Part shown: piece after piece, positions 17,580 to 28,161 of the stretch
How positions within the stretch are numbered: the first letter of the stretch is position 1
Layout: the number at the start of each line of letters is the position of its first letter
Assembly: GCA_002773695.1 (NCBI GenBank)
Contig: PFAJ01000070.1
Span: 5,961 to 46,334, forward strand
Direction of reading: 5' to 3'
Origin: Candidatus Doudnabacteria bacterium CG10_big_fil_rev_8_21_14_0_10_41_10
Lineage (GTDB): Bacteria > Patescibacteriota > Doudnabacteria > UBA920 > 2-01-FULL-50-11
DNA: 40,374 bases
The notes under the pieces: generated by a model
Told to the model about the DNA's origin: nothing
What the model saw: only the letters and a program-made list of their open reading frames with translations
Databases searched by the model: none
Made by a program: the position numbers and the translations under genes

Positions 17580-20477
17580 TTAGGGAACGATTATCTTTAC
17601 CTTATTTGACCGATTACCATTATTACTTTGAGCAAATATCTCATACGATCCCGCTTCGGGTTGCTCGTCGCCTTCCCAAGTCAGTTTGAAGGAAAAAAAA
17701 ACATCGGATTCGTGCGGGGTTTTAGAGGCTTGGCCAGCAATTCTAACAGGAGTACCATTTCCTTTTTGAAAAAAAAATTCGATACTTGAGACCGTATTGT
17801 TTGCTAAAACCTCGAGTGGTGCGGGGAAAAACATTACTTTTTCACTCGTTGGTTCAACCAAGGTAAGGGTGTTTCCAAGCGAAAAAGTGACAGACCTCTT
17901 AACACTTTCTGTTTGGCCATCATTATCTTCAGCGAGAACTTCAACCAAATATTCACCATCAGGTTTAAGATCGGAAAAGAAGTAAGTAGCCTGGTCAGAA
18001 TTTCCGCTGAAAATTTCTTTTCCGTCAAAAAAGAAACTGATTTTTTTTATCCCATTTTTAGATTTTGCGCTAGCGGAGATTACCAAAGGCAATTCGTTGA
18101 CACTCATACCGTTTTTTGGTTTATCTAAACTAAGCTCAAAGGTTTGAACGGGGCTATATTCATCCTCAATACCTGGATAAGAGAGTCCGTTTGATATTGC
18201 CCACTCCTTAACCGGCGCTTCCCAACTATTGTCGTTAGGTTTTTCAGAACGTAAAACCGTATATACCCGTTCGATAATATTATTTTCAGGAGTATTGTTG
18301 GTTGCTAACTGTAAAGTATTTTTATCAAGCCTGAATAGTATATGAACATCGTCGAAATCTTTTGGTTCCGCAAAGTCAGCGAAAACTTCGGGTTTGGTTT
18401 CCGGGGTATATTGAGTGGGGAGTTTACCAGAAACCTTATCAACCGCAATGTCTCTGATTTGGTTAGGTCGTGAAAAATTTTGAGGGGAGACTTCTGTCAA
18501 AGCTTTTTTCATAAAAGAGTTCCAGATAGGAGCAGCGACTGTTCCCCCGGCGGCCCCAGGTTTCATGGCGTCATTGTTATTGTTTCCAACCCAAACACCG
18601 GCAACAAGTTGAGGAGTGTATCCAATAGTCCAGGCATCACGATACTCTTGGGTTGTTCCGGTTTTGGCAGCCACCGGTCGTCCTCCCAAAGTCAGGTAGT
18701 TGTTTGCGCCAAAAGTTAAGGATCTGGCATTGTTATCAGAGAGGACGGAATTCATCAAAAAAGCCGTTTGTCCATCTATTACTCTTTGTCCCTTTTTTTC
18801 TTTATATTCTTCCAAAATTTTTCCTTTGGAATCAACGATTTTTAAAATTGTGACCGGTTCATGTTTAATTCCTTCCGCCGCAAATACACCGTAGGAAGAA
18901 ACATGGTCAAGAAGTTTAACTTCTCCGCCGCCCAGCACCAATGATGGTCCGTAACGGGATTCGTCTTCTAGGGTTGTAATTCCCATATTACGAGCGGTTT
19001 TGATAGAATCCCTCACCCCGACCAAAAGAATGGTTTTAACAGCGGGAATGTTAAGCGAGGCGGCTAGCGCTTGCCTCATCGAGACGGGACCGAAGACTTT
19101 ATTGCTATAGTTTAAAGGTATATAATTTTCCCCTCCAAACGCACCAAAATTTGTAACCACATCCATAAGCATGGTCGAAGGCGAGTATCCTTTTTTAAAG
19201 GCAGTCGCGTAGACATATGGTTTAAAAGATGATCCTGGTTGGCGAGGGCGAAGCGCAACGTTTACCTGCCCATCAATTTCTTCGTTAAAAAAATCTTTCG
19301 AACCAACCATCGCCAATACTTGGCCGGTAAGAGGATCGATTGCCACCAAAGAGGCGTTGTTTGCTTTCCAGGTTTGAGAATTTATCTCTTCTCGCTCCGC
19401 GATAGATTCTTCCGCAAATTGTTGAAGTTTTAAATCTAAAGTGGTCGTAATCTGCAGCCCGCCTTCTTGTAAGGTTTTTTCACCATACAGTTTCGCTAGT
19501 TGGTCTTGGATATATAACACAAAATGAGGAGCTAAAATTGAGTCTCTAACCGGTGAGAACGTGACTACTTCGGCCAGAGCTTGTTCCATCGTTTGTTCAT
19601 CGATATACCCTTGGTCCTCCATAAAACGAAGAACGGTATTTTTTCTGGCGTCCAGTCGGTCACGGTTCGGGCCGTGTGGCGAATATAAAGTCGGCGCTTG
19701 CGGAATAGCCGCAAGGTATGCTGATTCTGCCAGGGTTAGTTCTTTTGCAGATTTTTGAAAGAAACTTTGGGACGCCGCTTCGATCCCATATATATTAGCT
19801 CCATACGGAGTCTCGTTTAAATATAGTTTTAAAATTTCTTCCTTAGAAAATTTTCTTTCAATTTGGATGGCGAGCACAATCTCTTTGATTTTTCTAGACC
19901 ATTTTTTCTCGTTGGTTAAAAGCGCATTTTTTATAAACTGCTGCGTGATTGTGCTGGCCCCTTGGGCTTTGGATAATGTGACAATATCATAACCCACAGA
20001 AAATATGATTCGAGAGAGGTCAATTCCTTTATGGTTATAAAAATCTTTATCTTCAATAGCCACGGTTGCGTCTCTGACTGACTGCGGCATATCTTCGAAA
20101 CTAATTATTGTCCGTTTAGTTTCTCCGAACACATCATAAAGCAACTCACCGTTGCGATCATAGATTTTTGTTGATTCAGCCACTAAACGTGAGTTGATTT
20201 TGTTTGGATCCGGCAGATCTTTGGAATAATACGCAAAAGCGGAAAGAGTAAAAAATAAAAACATTAAAATTAGTGTTCCAGCAAATCTCATTAGCTGTTT
20301 TTTTCTGGAACCACGAAGCAAAAATTTGAAAAAACTGCGAAATTGTTTTGGTTTGTTTCGTTTGCCACTTCCCGCATTGAAAGTTCGACGACGAGAACTG
20401 GCGCTTTGTAAAACCGCTCGTTTTTTATCGAAATAACTGCTATGAGACGATCTCCAACTTTTTTGATATTGAACCAT
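17580..20477 (-). CDS. bifunctional class A penicillin-binding protein (PBP1A-like) with a long C-terminal beta-rich extension
   Basis: Glycosyltransferase motif EDKDFYNHKGID and transpeptidase motifs SSFKP and KTGT. About 300 extra C-terminal residues. Confidence 0.9.
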   Translation of the reverse strand: MVQYQKSWRSSHSSYFDKKRAVLQSASSRRRTFNAGSGKRNKPKQFRSFFKFLLRGSRKKQLMRFAGTLILMFLFFTLSAFAYYSKDLPDPNKINSRLVAESTKIYDRNGELLYDVFGETKRTIISFEDMPQSVRDATVAIEDKDFYNHKGIDLSRIIFSVGYDIVTLSKAQGASTITQQFIKNALLTNEKKWSRKIKEIVLAIQIERKFSKEEILKLYLNETPYGANIYGIEAASQSFFQKSAKELTLAESAYLAAIPQAPTLYSPHGPNRDRLDARKNTVLRFMEDQGYIDEQTMEQALAEVVTFSPVRDSILAPHFVLYIQDQLAKLYGEKTLQEGGLQITTTLDLKLQQFAEESIAEREEINSQTWKANNASLVAIDPLTGQVLAMVGSKDFFNEEIDGQVNVALRPRQPGSSFKPYVYATAFKKGYSPSTMLMDVVTNFGAFGGENYIPLNYSNKVFGPVSMRQALAASLNIPAVKTILLVGVRDSIKTARNMGITTLEDESRYGPSLVLGGGEVKLLDHVSSYGVFAAEGIKHEPVTILKIVDSKGKILEEYKEKKGQRVIDGQTAFLMNSVLSDNNARSLTFGANNYLTLGGRPVAAKTGTTQEYRDAWTIGYTPQLVAGVWVGNNNNDAMKPGAAGGTVAAPIWNSFMKKALTEVSPQNFSRPNQIRDIAVDKVSGKLPTQYTPETKPEVFADFAEPKDFDDVHILFRLDKNTLQLATNNTPENNIIERVYTVLRSEKPNDNSWEAPVKEWAISNGLSYPGIEDEYSPVQTFELSLDKPKNGMSVNELPLVISASAKSKNGIKKISFFFDGKEIFSGNSDQATYFFSDLKPDGEYLVEVLAEDNDGQTESVKRSVTFSLGNTLTLVEPTSEKVMFFPAPLEVLANNTVSSIEFFFQKGNGTPVRIAGQASKTPHESDVFFSFKLTWEGDEQPEAGSYEIFAQSNNGNRSNKVKIIVP

Positions 20478-20627
20478 ATAACTTGAATTTGATATTGTGT
20501 AACTTTTTAAGAAAACCTAGTTACATAACATCTATTACATGATTTATGATTTGACGTTGTTCATTATGGCAATAATTTGCTAAAATGTAAAGGATTGGAA
20601 AGAATAAAAAATTATGAATTAAAAATT

Positions 20628-21800
20628 ATGAGCGGAGAAAAAATAGAAGAGTTGCTTACCAGAGGGGTAGAAGAAGTAATCGATAGAGAGCCCCTCACCA
20701 AACTACTTAAATCCAAAAGGAAATTACGAATTAAACTTGGGATTGATCCAACTAGTGTAAAGATTCACATCGGACATGCTGTTATTCTTTGGAAGCTACG
20801 AGCTTTTCAGGATTTGGGACATAAAGTTATTTTTATCGTTGGCGATTTTACCGGGCAGATTGGCGATACTTCGGACAAAGATTCAGAACGGCCAATGCTT
20901 ACAGAAGTACAGATTCGTAAAAATATGAAGACTTATTTTCAACAGGCCTTGATGATTTTGGATAAGAGCAAAACCGAGACGCATTACAACTCTGCTTGGT
21001 TAAAGAAATTGGACTTTAACGATGTTGGTAGGCTTGCGGATTTGTTTGGGGTAAACGAGTTTACTTCTCGCGAAAATATGGCCCGCCGGCTGAAAGCGGG
21101 TAAACGTGTTTCTTTGCGTGAACTTTTATATCCCCTAATGCAAGGTTATGATTCTGTTGCCGTAAAAGCCGACGTAGAGCTCGGCGGGACTGATCAACGG
21201 TTTAATTTACTAGCAGGCCGAAAAATTCAAAAAATGTTTAGGCAAGAACAGCAAAACGTAATGATTATGACTCTTATGGAAGGGACTGACGGACGAAAAA
21301 TGTCTGCTTCTTGGGGAAACGTTATTAATCTTACTGAAAGTGCAGACGAAATGTTTGGAAAAGTGATGTCTGTTAGCGATGATTTAATGAGAAGATACTT
21401 TTTACTTGCGACTCAGGTTTCGCAAGATGAGATTGCTCAAATCTTTAAGATCACGAGTAACCCACGAGATATTAAGGTTAGATTAGCGCGGGAGATTGTT
21501 TGTTTGTATCACGGACAGAAAAAAGCCCAGCTAGCACAGGAGAATTTTGAAATAAAGTTTGGGAAAGGAAAAGGCGCGATTGTGCCCGATTTTACTTTAA
21601 ATAAAAAATCGGGCAGTTACCCGATTCTTGATATATTGGTTGAGAGTAAACTGGCCTTTTCCAAATCGGAAGCTCGCCGGAAGATAAAAGAAGGAGCGGT
21701 AGAGGTAGATGGTGAGAGAATTATCGAGGAGATGGCGCAAGCGAAGCTGAAACCTGGAAGCCTGATACGATTAGGTAAAAGGTTTGCAAAGATAGTGTAA
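20628..21800 (+). CDS. tyrS: tyrosine--tRNA ligase
   Basis: HIGH-type KIHIGHAV, KMSKS-type RKMSAS, and a C-terminal S4-like domain. I prefer the ATG at 20628 (MSGEKIEELL); the track ORF starts at 20577. Confidence 0.9.
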   Translation: MSGEKIEELLTRGVEEVIDREPLTKLLKSKRKLRIKLGIDPTSVKIHIGHAVILWKLRAFQDLGHKVIFIVGDFTGQIGDTSDKDSERPMLTEVQIRKNMKTYFQQALMILDKSKTETHYNSAWLKKLDFNDVGRLADLFGVNEFTSRENMARRLKAGKRVSLRELLYPLMQGYDSVAVKADVELGGTDQRFNLLAGRKIQKMFRQEQQNVMIMTLMEGTDGRKMSASWGNVINLTESADEMFGKVMSVSDDLMRRYFLLATQVSQDEIAQIFKITSNPRDIKVRLAREIVCLYHGQKKAQLAQENFEIKFGKGKGAIVPDFTLNKKSGSYPILDILVESKLAFSKSEARRKIKEGAVEVDGERIIEEMAQAKLKPGSLIRLGKRFAKIV

Positions 21801-21835
21801 TAATTTAAACGTCTCAATGAGCCGTTTATTATCTC

Positions 21836-21880
21836 TGGTAGAATATTCCCGCGACTTGCCGCAGGGATCGTTATTTTTTT
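21836..21880 (+). terminator. terminator-like hairpin after tyrS, related to the GGCAGAATACCC hairpin family
   Basis: TGGTAGAATATTCCCGCGACTTGCCGCAGGGATCGTTATTTTTTT: the stem CCCGCG/CGCAGGG followed by a T-run. Confidence 0.5.
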
Positions 21881-22065
21881 GCTGATTGTGTCCACTTGTT
21901 TCTTCTTTGAGCGCAAAATCGACATTGGTGAAATACATAATTACGAAGGAAAAAATTAGTTTTTTCATTTATATCATCAGTAAAAATATTGTTAGCTTTA
22001 TTACAGTTTGGACAATAGGCGACTATTTTATATTTTCCATTCGTATTGCTTGAGGGTATAAACAT
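21871..22065 (-). CDS. possible small zinc-ribbon protein
   Basis: 64 aa with CPNC ... CRFC pairs. Its ATG is 4 nt after the glgA-like stop and there is no obvious SD, so it could be spurious. Confidence 0.3.
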   Translation of the reverse strand: MFIPSSNTNGKYKIVAYCPNCNKANNIFTDDINEKTNFFLRNYVFHQCRFCAQRRNKWTQSAKK

Positions 22066-22069
22066 GGGT

Positions 22070-23476
22070 TTATTTTATAATTTTTTTATACAATTTCAAA
22101 TATTCTTTTGTCGATCTATTCCAAGAATGATTTTCGCTCATAGCCTGAAATTGCAGTTTTTTCCAGAGTTTTTTGTTTTGAAAAGTAACTCGCGCTTCTT
22201 CTAGAGATTTTATAAAAGCTTCGCCTGTAAATTTTTTAAAAATAAAACCATTGCCGCCTTTTTTATTATAGTTTACCACTGTATCGTGAAGCCCTCCGGT
22301 ATCTCGTGCGACCGGTAGTGTCCCGTATCTATGCGCTATCATTTGCCCTAAACCACAAGGTTCAAATAGCGAGGGCATGGCAAAAACATCGGAACCAGCA
22401 TAAATTTGTCTTGCTAAATGCCGGTCAAATTCAGGGATAAAACAGATTTTTTTCGGAAACTTTTTTTCTAATATACTTAAAATCTCATGGTATTTTTTTG
22501 AGCCTGTTCCCAAGATTACAAACTGGAACGGGCCGGGGGTAAGATTTTCCATAGCCTGCACTAAAAGTTCTATTCCTTTTTGATGAAAAAGTCGAGTTAC
22601 CATTCCAACAAGCAAGAGCGATTTATTATTTAATAAATTGAGATTTTTTTGTAAACCCGATTTATTTTTTATTTTTTTCGCGAGAGTTTTGGCGGAATAT
22701 TTTGTCCAGAGATAGGGATCGGTGTTTGGATCGAAAGATGTAGTGTCAATACCATTTAAAATTCCGGAGATCTTTTTTCCACGGATTGTTGCCGCAAGTT
22801 CACCACTGAATTGTTTTTTACCCAATTCTTTGGCGTAAGTTGGTGATACGGTGTTTACAGCGTCAGCCGTTTGAATTCCAAGTTTTAAAAGGTTAATCTG
22901 GGCACTGGTTTGGTTTGCAATACCAAGAGATTTAAGTAATTTTTTTGGTACAGATGTTTGTTGAGCCGCGTTGTGTAAAGTTAATAAACTTTTGATTTTT
23001 ATTTTTTTTTGTGATTTTAAAAGCCCCGCGACCGGAGCTACCGGCCAGTCGTGAATATGAATAAGGTCAGGCTCAAAGTTAACGTTTTTTAGTATTTGTA
23101 GGACGCTAACAGAGAGAAACAGGAAGCGTTTTGTAATATGTTCTTTAGCTTTTTTATTAATTGTAGGTTTGCCATATATTTCCGGAGGATTGGTAAACCA
23201 CTTTTTTTGTTGAAGTAAATAAATTGGAACCCTCGAGCCTGGTAAAAAGGCTTGAAAAATTTTAACTTTATAAAATTTATTTCCAAAAAAAATTTTTGTA
23301 TCGCCAACAATTTTAGCGCGTAGCATTCCCAGTTTGGTTTGTTGGTAGTGAGGGATTAAAACCCGAACATCAACTCCGACCCGCTTCAACTTTTTTGGTA
23401 ACGAGGAAACCACATCGGCCAATCCCCCGACTTTTGCAAAAGGAGCAACTTCTGAAGAAACAAACAATACTTTCAT
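22070..23476 (-). CDS. glgA: glycogen/starch synthase (GT5), paralogue 2
   Basis: N-terminal SSEVAPFAKVGGLADV motif. 468 aa. Confidence 0.85.
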   Translation of the reverse strand: MKVLFVSSEVAPFAKVGGLADVVSSLPKKLKRVGVDVRVLIPHYQQTKLGMLRAKIVGDTKIFFGNKFYKVKIFQAFLPGSRVPIYLLQQKKWFTNPPEIYGKPTINKKAKEHITKRFLFLSVSVLQILKNVNFEPDLIHIHDWPVAPVAGLLKSQKKIKIKSLLTLHNAAQQTSVPKKLLKSLGIANQTSAQINLLKLGIQTADAVNTVSPTYAKELGKKQFSGELAATIRGKKISGILNGIDTTSFDPNTDPYLWTKYSAKTLAKKIKNKSGLQKNLNLLNNKSLLLVGMVTRLFHQKGIELLVQAMENLTPGPFQFVILGTGSKKYHEILSILEKKFPKKICFIPEFDRHLARQIYAGSDVFAMPSLFEPCGLGQMIAHRYGTLPVARDTGGLHDTVVNYNKKGGNGFIFKKFTGEAFIKSLEEARVTFQNKKLWKKLQFQAMSENHSWNRSTKEYLKLYKKIIK

Positions 23477-23514
23477 AATTTATTTAAATTAAATAGTTGT
23501 TAGCTTGATTAGCT

Positions 23515-24420
23515 TTACAAGCGGATACCTTTCCGGTGCAAGTAATGCATGAAATCGTCGTAAATCTTGGGGGGTAATCGTAAATTTTTTACAGGATAAG
23601 GTAAAGGGATCCGATGTTTTTGTATATTCAAATGGTAATCACTTCCAGCCGTGACCACCATATTTAGTTTTTTTGCCAATTTTGCATAGTGAACGATTTG
23701 TTTTGGGTTGTGTTTTGGGGTGAAGACTTCCAACCCATCCAATCCAATTCGTTTTAAAAAATGAATTACTGAGTCTTCTCTGAAACGAAGGTGGTAACCG
23801 GGGTGGGCTATAACTGTGAACCCCCCGGCTTTTTTGATGATTCGGATGACTTTTTCAGTTTCTGGCAAGATTTCAGGGATATATGCCGGTTTATTTTCTG
23901 CAAAATAAAAATTTATTAATTTAAAAATATTTAAGGAGCCAGCCTCTTTTTTCATTCGGTTTTTATTACTTTGCGTTTTAGTAATTATTCTAACCAAATG
24001 ATCGATTCCCCAATAATTAGCCGGAAAATGAAATAGTTTTTTTTCATTAAATCGAAATCCTAATTTTTTTATTTTTTCTACCCCAACCATTATCTCTTTT
24101 CTCCTTTTTAATTGTAATGATTTTAGTAGTTGTTGTAATGGTTGATTTTTAGGATCAAAACCGTAGGCTAACACATGGAAATGTTTTCCTCGATGAATGG
24201 TTGATATTTCAGCGCCAGGCAACAGTTTTAAATTTAGCATTTTGGCGGTTATTTTGGCGCTGTCTAAATGTTCAGTAGTGTTGTGGTCGGTTAAGGAGAC
24301 AAGTGATATTTTAGCTTTTTTTGCTCGACGAAAAACTTTTCCTACGGATTCTCTACCGTCGGAATAATAGCTGTGCAGGTGGAGATCGAGTTGTTTAGTA
24401 TTTTTCGATTTCATTAACAA
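23515..24420 (-). CDS. PHP-domain metal-dependent phosphoesterase
   Basis: LDLHLHSYYSDG ... SLTDHNT motifs typical of the PHP fold. Confidence 0.75.
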   Translation of the reverse strand: MLMKSKNTKQLDLHLHSYYSDGRESVGKVFRRAKKAKISLVSLTDHNTTEHLDSAKITAKMLNLKLLPGAEISTIHRGKHFHVLAYGFDPKNQPLQQLLKSLQLKRRKEIMVGVEKIKKLGFRFNEKKLFHFPANYWGIDHLVRIITKTQSNKNRMKKEAGSLNIFKLINFYFAENKPAYIPEILPETEKVIRIIKKAGGFTVIAHPGYHLRFREDSVIHFLKRIGLDGLEVFTPKHNPKQIVHYAKLAKKLNMVVTAGSDYHLNIQKHRIPLPYPVKNLRLPPKIYDDFMHYLHRKGIRL

Positions 24421-25366
24421 TTAATTTTGCAATTTTTATTTCAGTAACCGATTTAATATGCATTAAAGTTTTTAGCCGAAAAAGTTTCATTTTTTTTATC
24501 ACAATATCGGACTTATCAATGCTCCTTTTTTTCAAGTAAGAATCTCCCTGCTGGTTTAAAAAGCTTGAATTGTCAGGATAATTACAAAGAGTAAGCATTT
24601 GGTTGGTTTGAGTCAGAAAATAAGACAAATCATAAAGTTCATCGTAAAAAAACGAGTCATTAAAATCAATTACAGTTGTTCGTCGGGGGAAGTCACTTAT
24701 GATAACATTATGCGGCTGGAAATCTCCATGGATAAGCTGAAACGATTCTGGAACAAGGATCTCTTTTTCATCCACCATCATCTTCGCAACAGTTTTCTCC
24801 AAAATATTTTTATGATCAGGAAATCTTTTTAAAAGACCGTCAAGCAGCACGCGGAAACGCCTGCGTTCCTCATCCCACTGAAATTCCATTTCCGGAATTT
24901 TAAAAGGTTTTTTTTCATGAAACTCCACCAACCAATCAAGAGCCAAAACAATTCCATTTTCCCATTCGTCCCGGGTTTTGTGCTTGAATTTATCATAGAG
25001 AGATTGCCCGGCGATGTTTTTATAGATTAGAAGATTATACTCAGAAAAATACCCAAAAGGATCGGCTACCTGATTTATTTCTTCTTTAAAAGTATCTTTC
25101 CGAAGATTTTTTAATATTTGATAATGTCTTTGTCTTTTTTGTCCGGGGCTAGATGAGCCGCGAAGAAAATATTTATTAATCGCGCCATCCATATTTTCGA
25201 CCTCTACGTGGTATTCTGCGAGCACAGAGCTTTTATCCATAATAAATAAAGGATCGTGTTCTAATATTTTTAAATTAAAAAGTTTTTTCCCGTTTTCAAA
25301 AAGATCAATATGGTCTTGAAAGAACCCTTCCATATTCTTTTGGTCAACAATGGCTTTAGGATCCAT
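24395..25366 (-). CDS. APH-fold (aminoglycoside phosphotransferase-like) small-molecule kinase
   Basis: Catalytic-loop-like LIHGDFQPHNVII followed by IDFND. It overlaps both neighbouring genes. Confidence 0.6.
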   Translation of the reverse strand: MDPKAIVDQKNMEGFFQDHIDLFENGKKLFNLKILEHDPLFIMDKSSVLAEYHVEVENMDGAINKYFLRGSSSPGQKRQRHYQILKNLRKDTFKEEINQVADPFGYFSEYNLLIYKNIAGQSLYDKFKHKTRDEWENGIVLALDWLVEFHEKKPFKIPEMEFQWDEERRRFRVLLDGLLKRFPDHKNILEKTVAKMMVDEKEILVPESFQLIHGDFQPHNVIISDFPRRTTVIDFNDSFFYDELYDLSYFLTQTNQMLTLCNYPDNSSFLNQQGDSYLKKRSIDKSDIVIKKMKLFRLKTLMHIKSVTEIKIAKLIVNEIEKY

Positions 25367-26846
25367 TTTTTTGATGGTTTTTAATCTTTAATGCCCTTAA
25401 ATATAATTCGATATATTTTTTAGCGGGCAACTCCCAGGAGAACGACTGTTTCATTGCGCGGTAAACCGTTTTATTCCATTTTTCTTTATACTTATAACTT
25501 TCAGTTGCCCGGGCAATCGCAACGAGCAGCTCGTCTTTATTGTAACGGGTGAATACAAACCCATTGCCGGTATTTTCTAAAGGGTCGTAATTAGTTACTG
25601 TATCCTGTAGTCCACCCACATGGTGTACAATTGGAATCGAGCCATAACGCAAACTAATCAACTGTGACAATCCGCAAGGCTCAAACCGGGAAGGCATTAG
25701 GTAAATATCCGACCCGGCATAAACCCGAGAAGCCATTTTTTCTGTAAATGGTGAATAGACTCCAATTTTACTGCTGTTTTTTCTTGCGACCTCACGAAAA
25801 AATTTTAAGAAACTTTTTTGTCCGCTTCCAACAATAACTATCTGTAAATCCATTTTTAAAAGGGTTGGTAACGCCTCGATGATTAATTTGAACCCTTTTT
25901 GTTCGGTCAGGCGGTTCACCACCCCTAGCAAAGGGGTCTTTTCTTGGACTGATAACCCCACTTCCTTCTGAAGATGTTTTTTATTTTTGAGCTTTTTTTC
26001 TAATGAATTCACGTCATAATTTACATAAACATTTTTGTCGTAGGCCGGGTTCACAATCTCATAATCAATCCCGTTAATAATTCCGAACAATCGATTTTTT
26101 CTCCGTTTTAGGTACTGGTCGAGTCCGGCTCCAAATTTTGGAGTGGTAATTTCCTTGGCGTATCGTTCAGAGACGGTATTAATTATATCACTATACAAGA
26201 CAGCTCTTTTGGTATAGTTGATATACCTTCTAAATTTTTTATCCACGGGAGGGGCGCCTGTTCCTTTGTCGTAAGTTTCTTTTTTTACGTGTTGCCAAAA
26301 AAATGTCCCTTGGTGGTAAAGGTTGTGGATGGTAAACAAAGTAACGCTTTTTTGAAATATCGGTTCGTGCTTGTAAATAGTTTTAATATAGTTTGCGATC
26401 AGTCCCGCATGCCATTCATGAGCATGAATAATATCGGCTTCAAATTTAATATATTTAATAAGTTCAATCACCGCCAGATTAAATACAATCCAACGCAGCG
26501 ATTCGTCATCAATCGCTCTATATACCGCTTGATGAGCCCCGTACAATTCTTCATTCACCACAAAATAAATTGGCAGCCCGTCTATAGAGATATGTTTATA
26601 AAAACTTATAGGAAATTCTTTATCACCAACTTTTATCGATTCGGCATAACCCAATTTTTCCTTTTTTATACCTTTTTTTCTAACAAGACCGTAGTAAGGG
26701 GTAACGATTATAGATTCATGTCCCAGCCGGGCAATGGCTTTTGGCAGAGCATAACCAACATCTCCAAGCCCCCCAACTTTCGAGTATGGAGAAACTTCGG
26801 CAACTGCATGGATAATTTTTAGTTTTTTACTAAATGAAAAACGCAT
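25356..26846 (-). CDS. glgA: glycogen/starch synthase (GT5), paralogue 1
   Basis: AEVSPYSKVGGLGDV motif. 496 aa. Its start abuts the ruvC stop with no gap. Confidence 0.85.
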   Translation of the reverse strand: MRFSFSKKLKIIHAVAEVSPYSKVGGLGDVGYALPKAIARLGHESIIVTPYYGLVRKKGIKKEKLGYAESIKVGDKEFPISFYKHISIDGLPIYFVVNEELYGAHQAVYRAIDDESLRWIVFNLAVIELIKYIKFEADIIHAHEWHAGLIANYIKTIYKHEPIFQKSVTLFTIHNLYHQGTFFWQHVKKETYDKGTGAPPVDKKFRRYINYTKRAVLYSDIINTVSERYAKEITTPKFGAGLDQYLKRRKNRLFGIINGIDYEIVNPAYDKNVYVNYDVNSLEKKLKNKKHLQKEVGLSVQEKTPLLGVVNRLTEQKGFKLIIEALPTLLKMDLQIVIVGSGQKSFLKFFREVARKNSSKIGVYSPFTEKMASRVYAGSDIYLMPSRFEPCGLSQLISLRYGSIPIVHHVGGLQDTVTNYDPLENTGNGFVFTRYNKDELLVAIARATESYKYKEKWNKTVYRAMKQSFSWELPAKKYIELYLRALKIKNHQKNGS

Positions 26847-27314
26847 TTATTTTTTAATGGTGCCACATATTGCCAATGCCAAAGCATCGGCCGCATCATC
26901 TGGCCGAGGGGTCGTTTTAAGGTTTAACATTTTACCCACCATAAATTGCACTTGATGTTTAGTCGCGGCTCCATAGGAGGTTATTTGCGATTTCATCTGT
27001 AATGGGGTAAGTTCTTGGAGTTTAACCTTATGCTTTTTTAAAGTTAACAAGATAACTCCCCGAGCATGTGATACAATAATTGCGGTTTTTACGTTTTTAG
27101 CAAAATAGACAGATTCGACTACCGCCAGTTGTGGGCGGTATTTTTTTATTATTTTTTTTAAATCGTCCGCAATAATCTCTAATCGTTTTTCAATCGGGGT
27201 ATTTTTTTTAGTTTCGATCACTCCCCAGTCCAATGGTTGAATTTTTGATCGTTCCATTTTGATAATGCCGTAGCCTGTAGTCGCCAGTCCGGGGTCGATG
27301 CCAAGTATAATCAT
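26847..27314 (-). CDS. ruvC: crossover junction endodeoxyribonuclease RuvC
   Basis: MIILGIDPGLATTGYGII ... ADALALAI, a RuvC-type RNase H fold. Confidence 0.9.
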   Translation of the reverse strand: MIILGIDPGLATTGYGIIKMERSKIQPLDWGVIETKKNTPIEKRLEIIADDLKKIIKKYRPQLAVVESVYFAKNVKTAIIVSHARGVILLTLKKHKVKLQELTPLQMKSQITSYGAATKHQVQFMVGKMLNLKTTPRPDDAADALALAICGTIKK

Positions 27315-27341
27315 ATATATAGTTACTTTATAGATTTCAAA

Positions 27342-28055
27342 TTAAAGATTAGCGCTAGTATGCACAGCGATCACATCTTCGTTTTCGTCAAAGACTTCTA
27401 ATAATTTTTGTATTTTTTCTTTATCTTCATCTTTTAATTCCACCTTATTTTTTGCTTCCATTATAATTTCCGCGCTAGCAACAGTAAAGCCTTTTTTTTC
27501 CAAAAATTCTTTGATTGAATTTAAATTGATTGGGCTAGTGTATATTTCCAACCCTTCTTCCGATCCTATAACATCTTCTGCCCCAGCATCGATTGCTAAA
27601 AGTTCAAGTTCTTGCAAATTATAACTTCCTTTTTCTACGAGAATTTGTCCTTTAGATTCGAAATTCCACGCGACTGAATTTTGTTGGCCCAACGAGCCGC
27701 CGTTTTTTTCTAAAGTATGACGAATTTCTGAAGTGGTTCGATTTTTATTATCAGTCCCAGTCTCAATAATAAACGCGGTACCAAACGGACCATAGCCTTC
27801 GTAAGTGACTAACTCGATTTGTTCAACTCCCGCTCCGGCGGCTTTGTCGACAGCTCTTTGAATGTTGTCTTTCGGCATTTGCGACTGTTTCGCAAGGTCA
27901 ACCGCTAGTCGGAGTTTAAAATTCATGGTCATATCCGTACCATCTCTCGCGGCTATGGTGATTTGTTTTGACAAACGAGAAAATAACAGCCCTTTTTTCT
28001 TGTCGGCAGCGCCTTTTTTATGTTTAATTTTTGACCACTTGGAATGTCCGGACAT
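27342..28055 (-). CDS. YebC/PmpR family DNA-binding regulator
   Basis: MSGHSKWSKIKHKKGAADKKKG N-terminus. 237 aa. Confidence 0.9.
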   Translation of the reverse strand: MSGHSKWSKIKHKKGAADKKKGLLFSRLSKQITIAARDGTDMTMNFKLRLAVDLAKQSQMPKDNIQRAVDKAAGAGVEQIELVTYEGYGPFGTAFIIETGTDNKNRTTSEIRHTLEKNGGSLGQQNSVAWNFESKGQILVEKGSYNLQELELLAIDAGAEDVIGSEEGLEIYTSPINLNSIKEFLEKKGFTVASAEIIMEAKNKVELKDEDKEKIQKLLEVFDENEDVIAVHTSANL

Positions 28056-28161
28056 AAAAGAAGCCCAAAATTAAAAATAAAAAGTGTAAAATTAAGATTC
28101 AAAATTGAAATTTAGAAATTTTTTAAAAATTGAAAATTGAGCATCAGACTTGGTATTGTGG

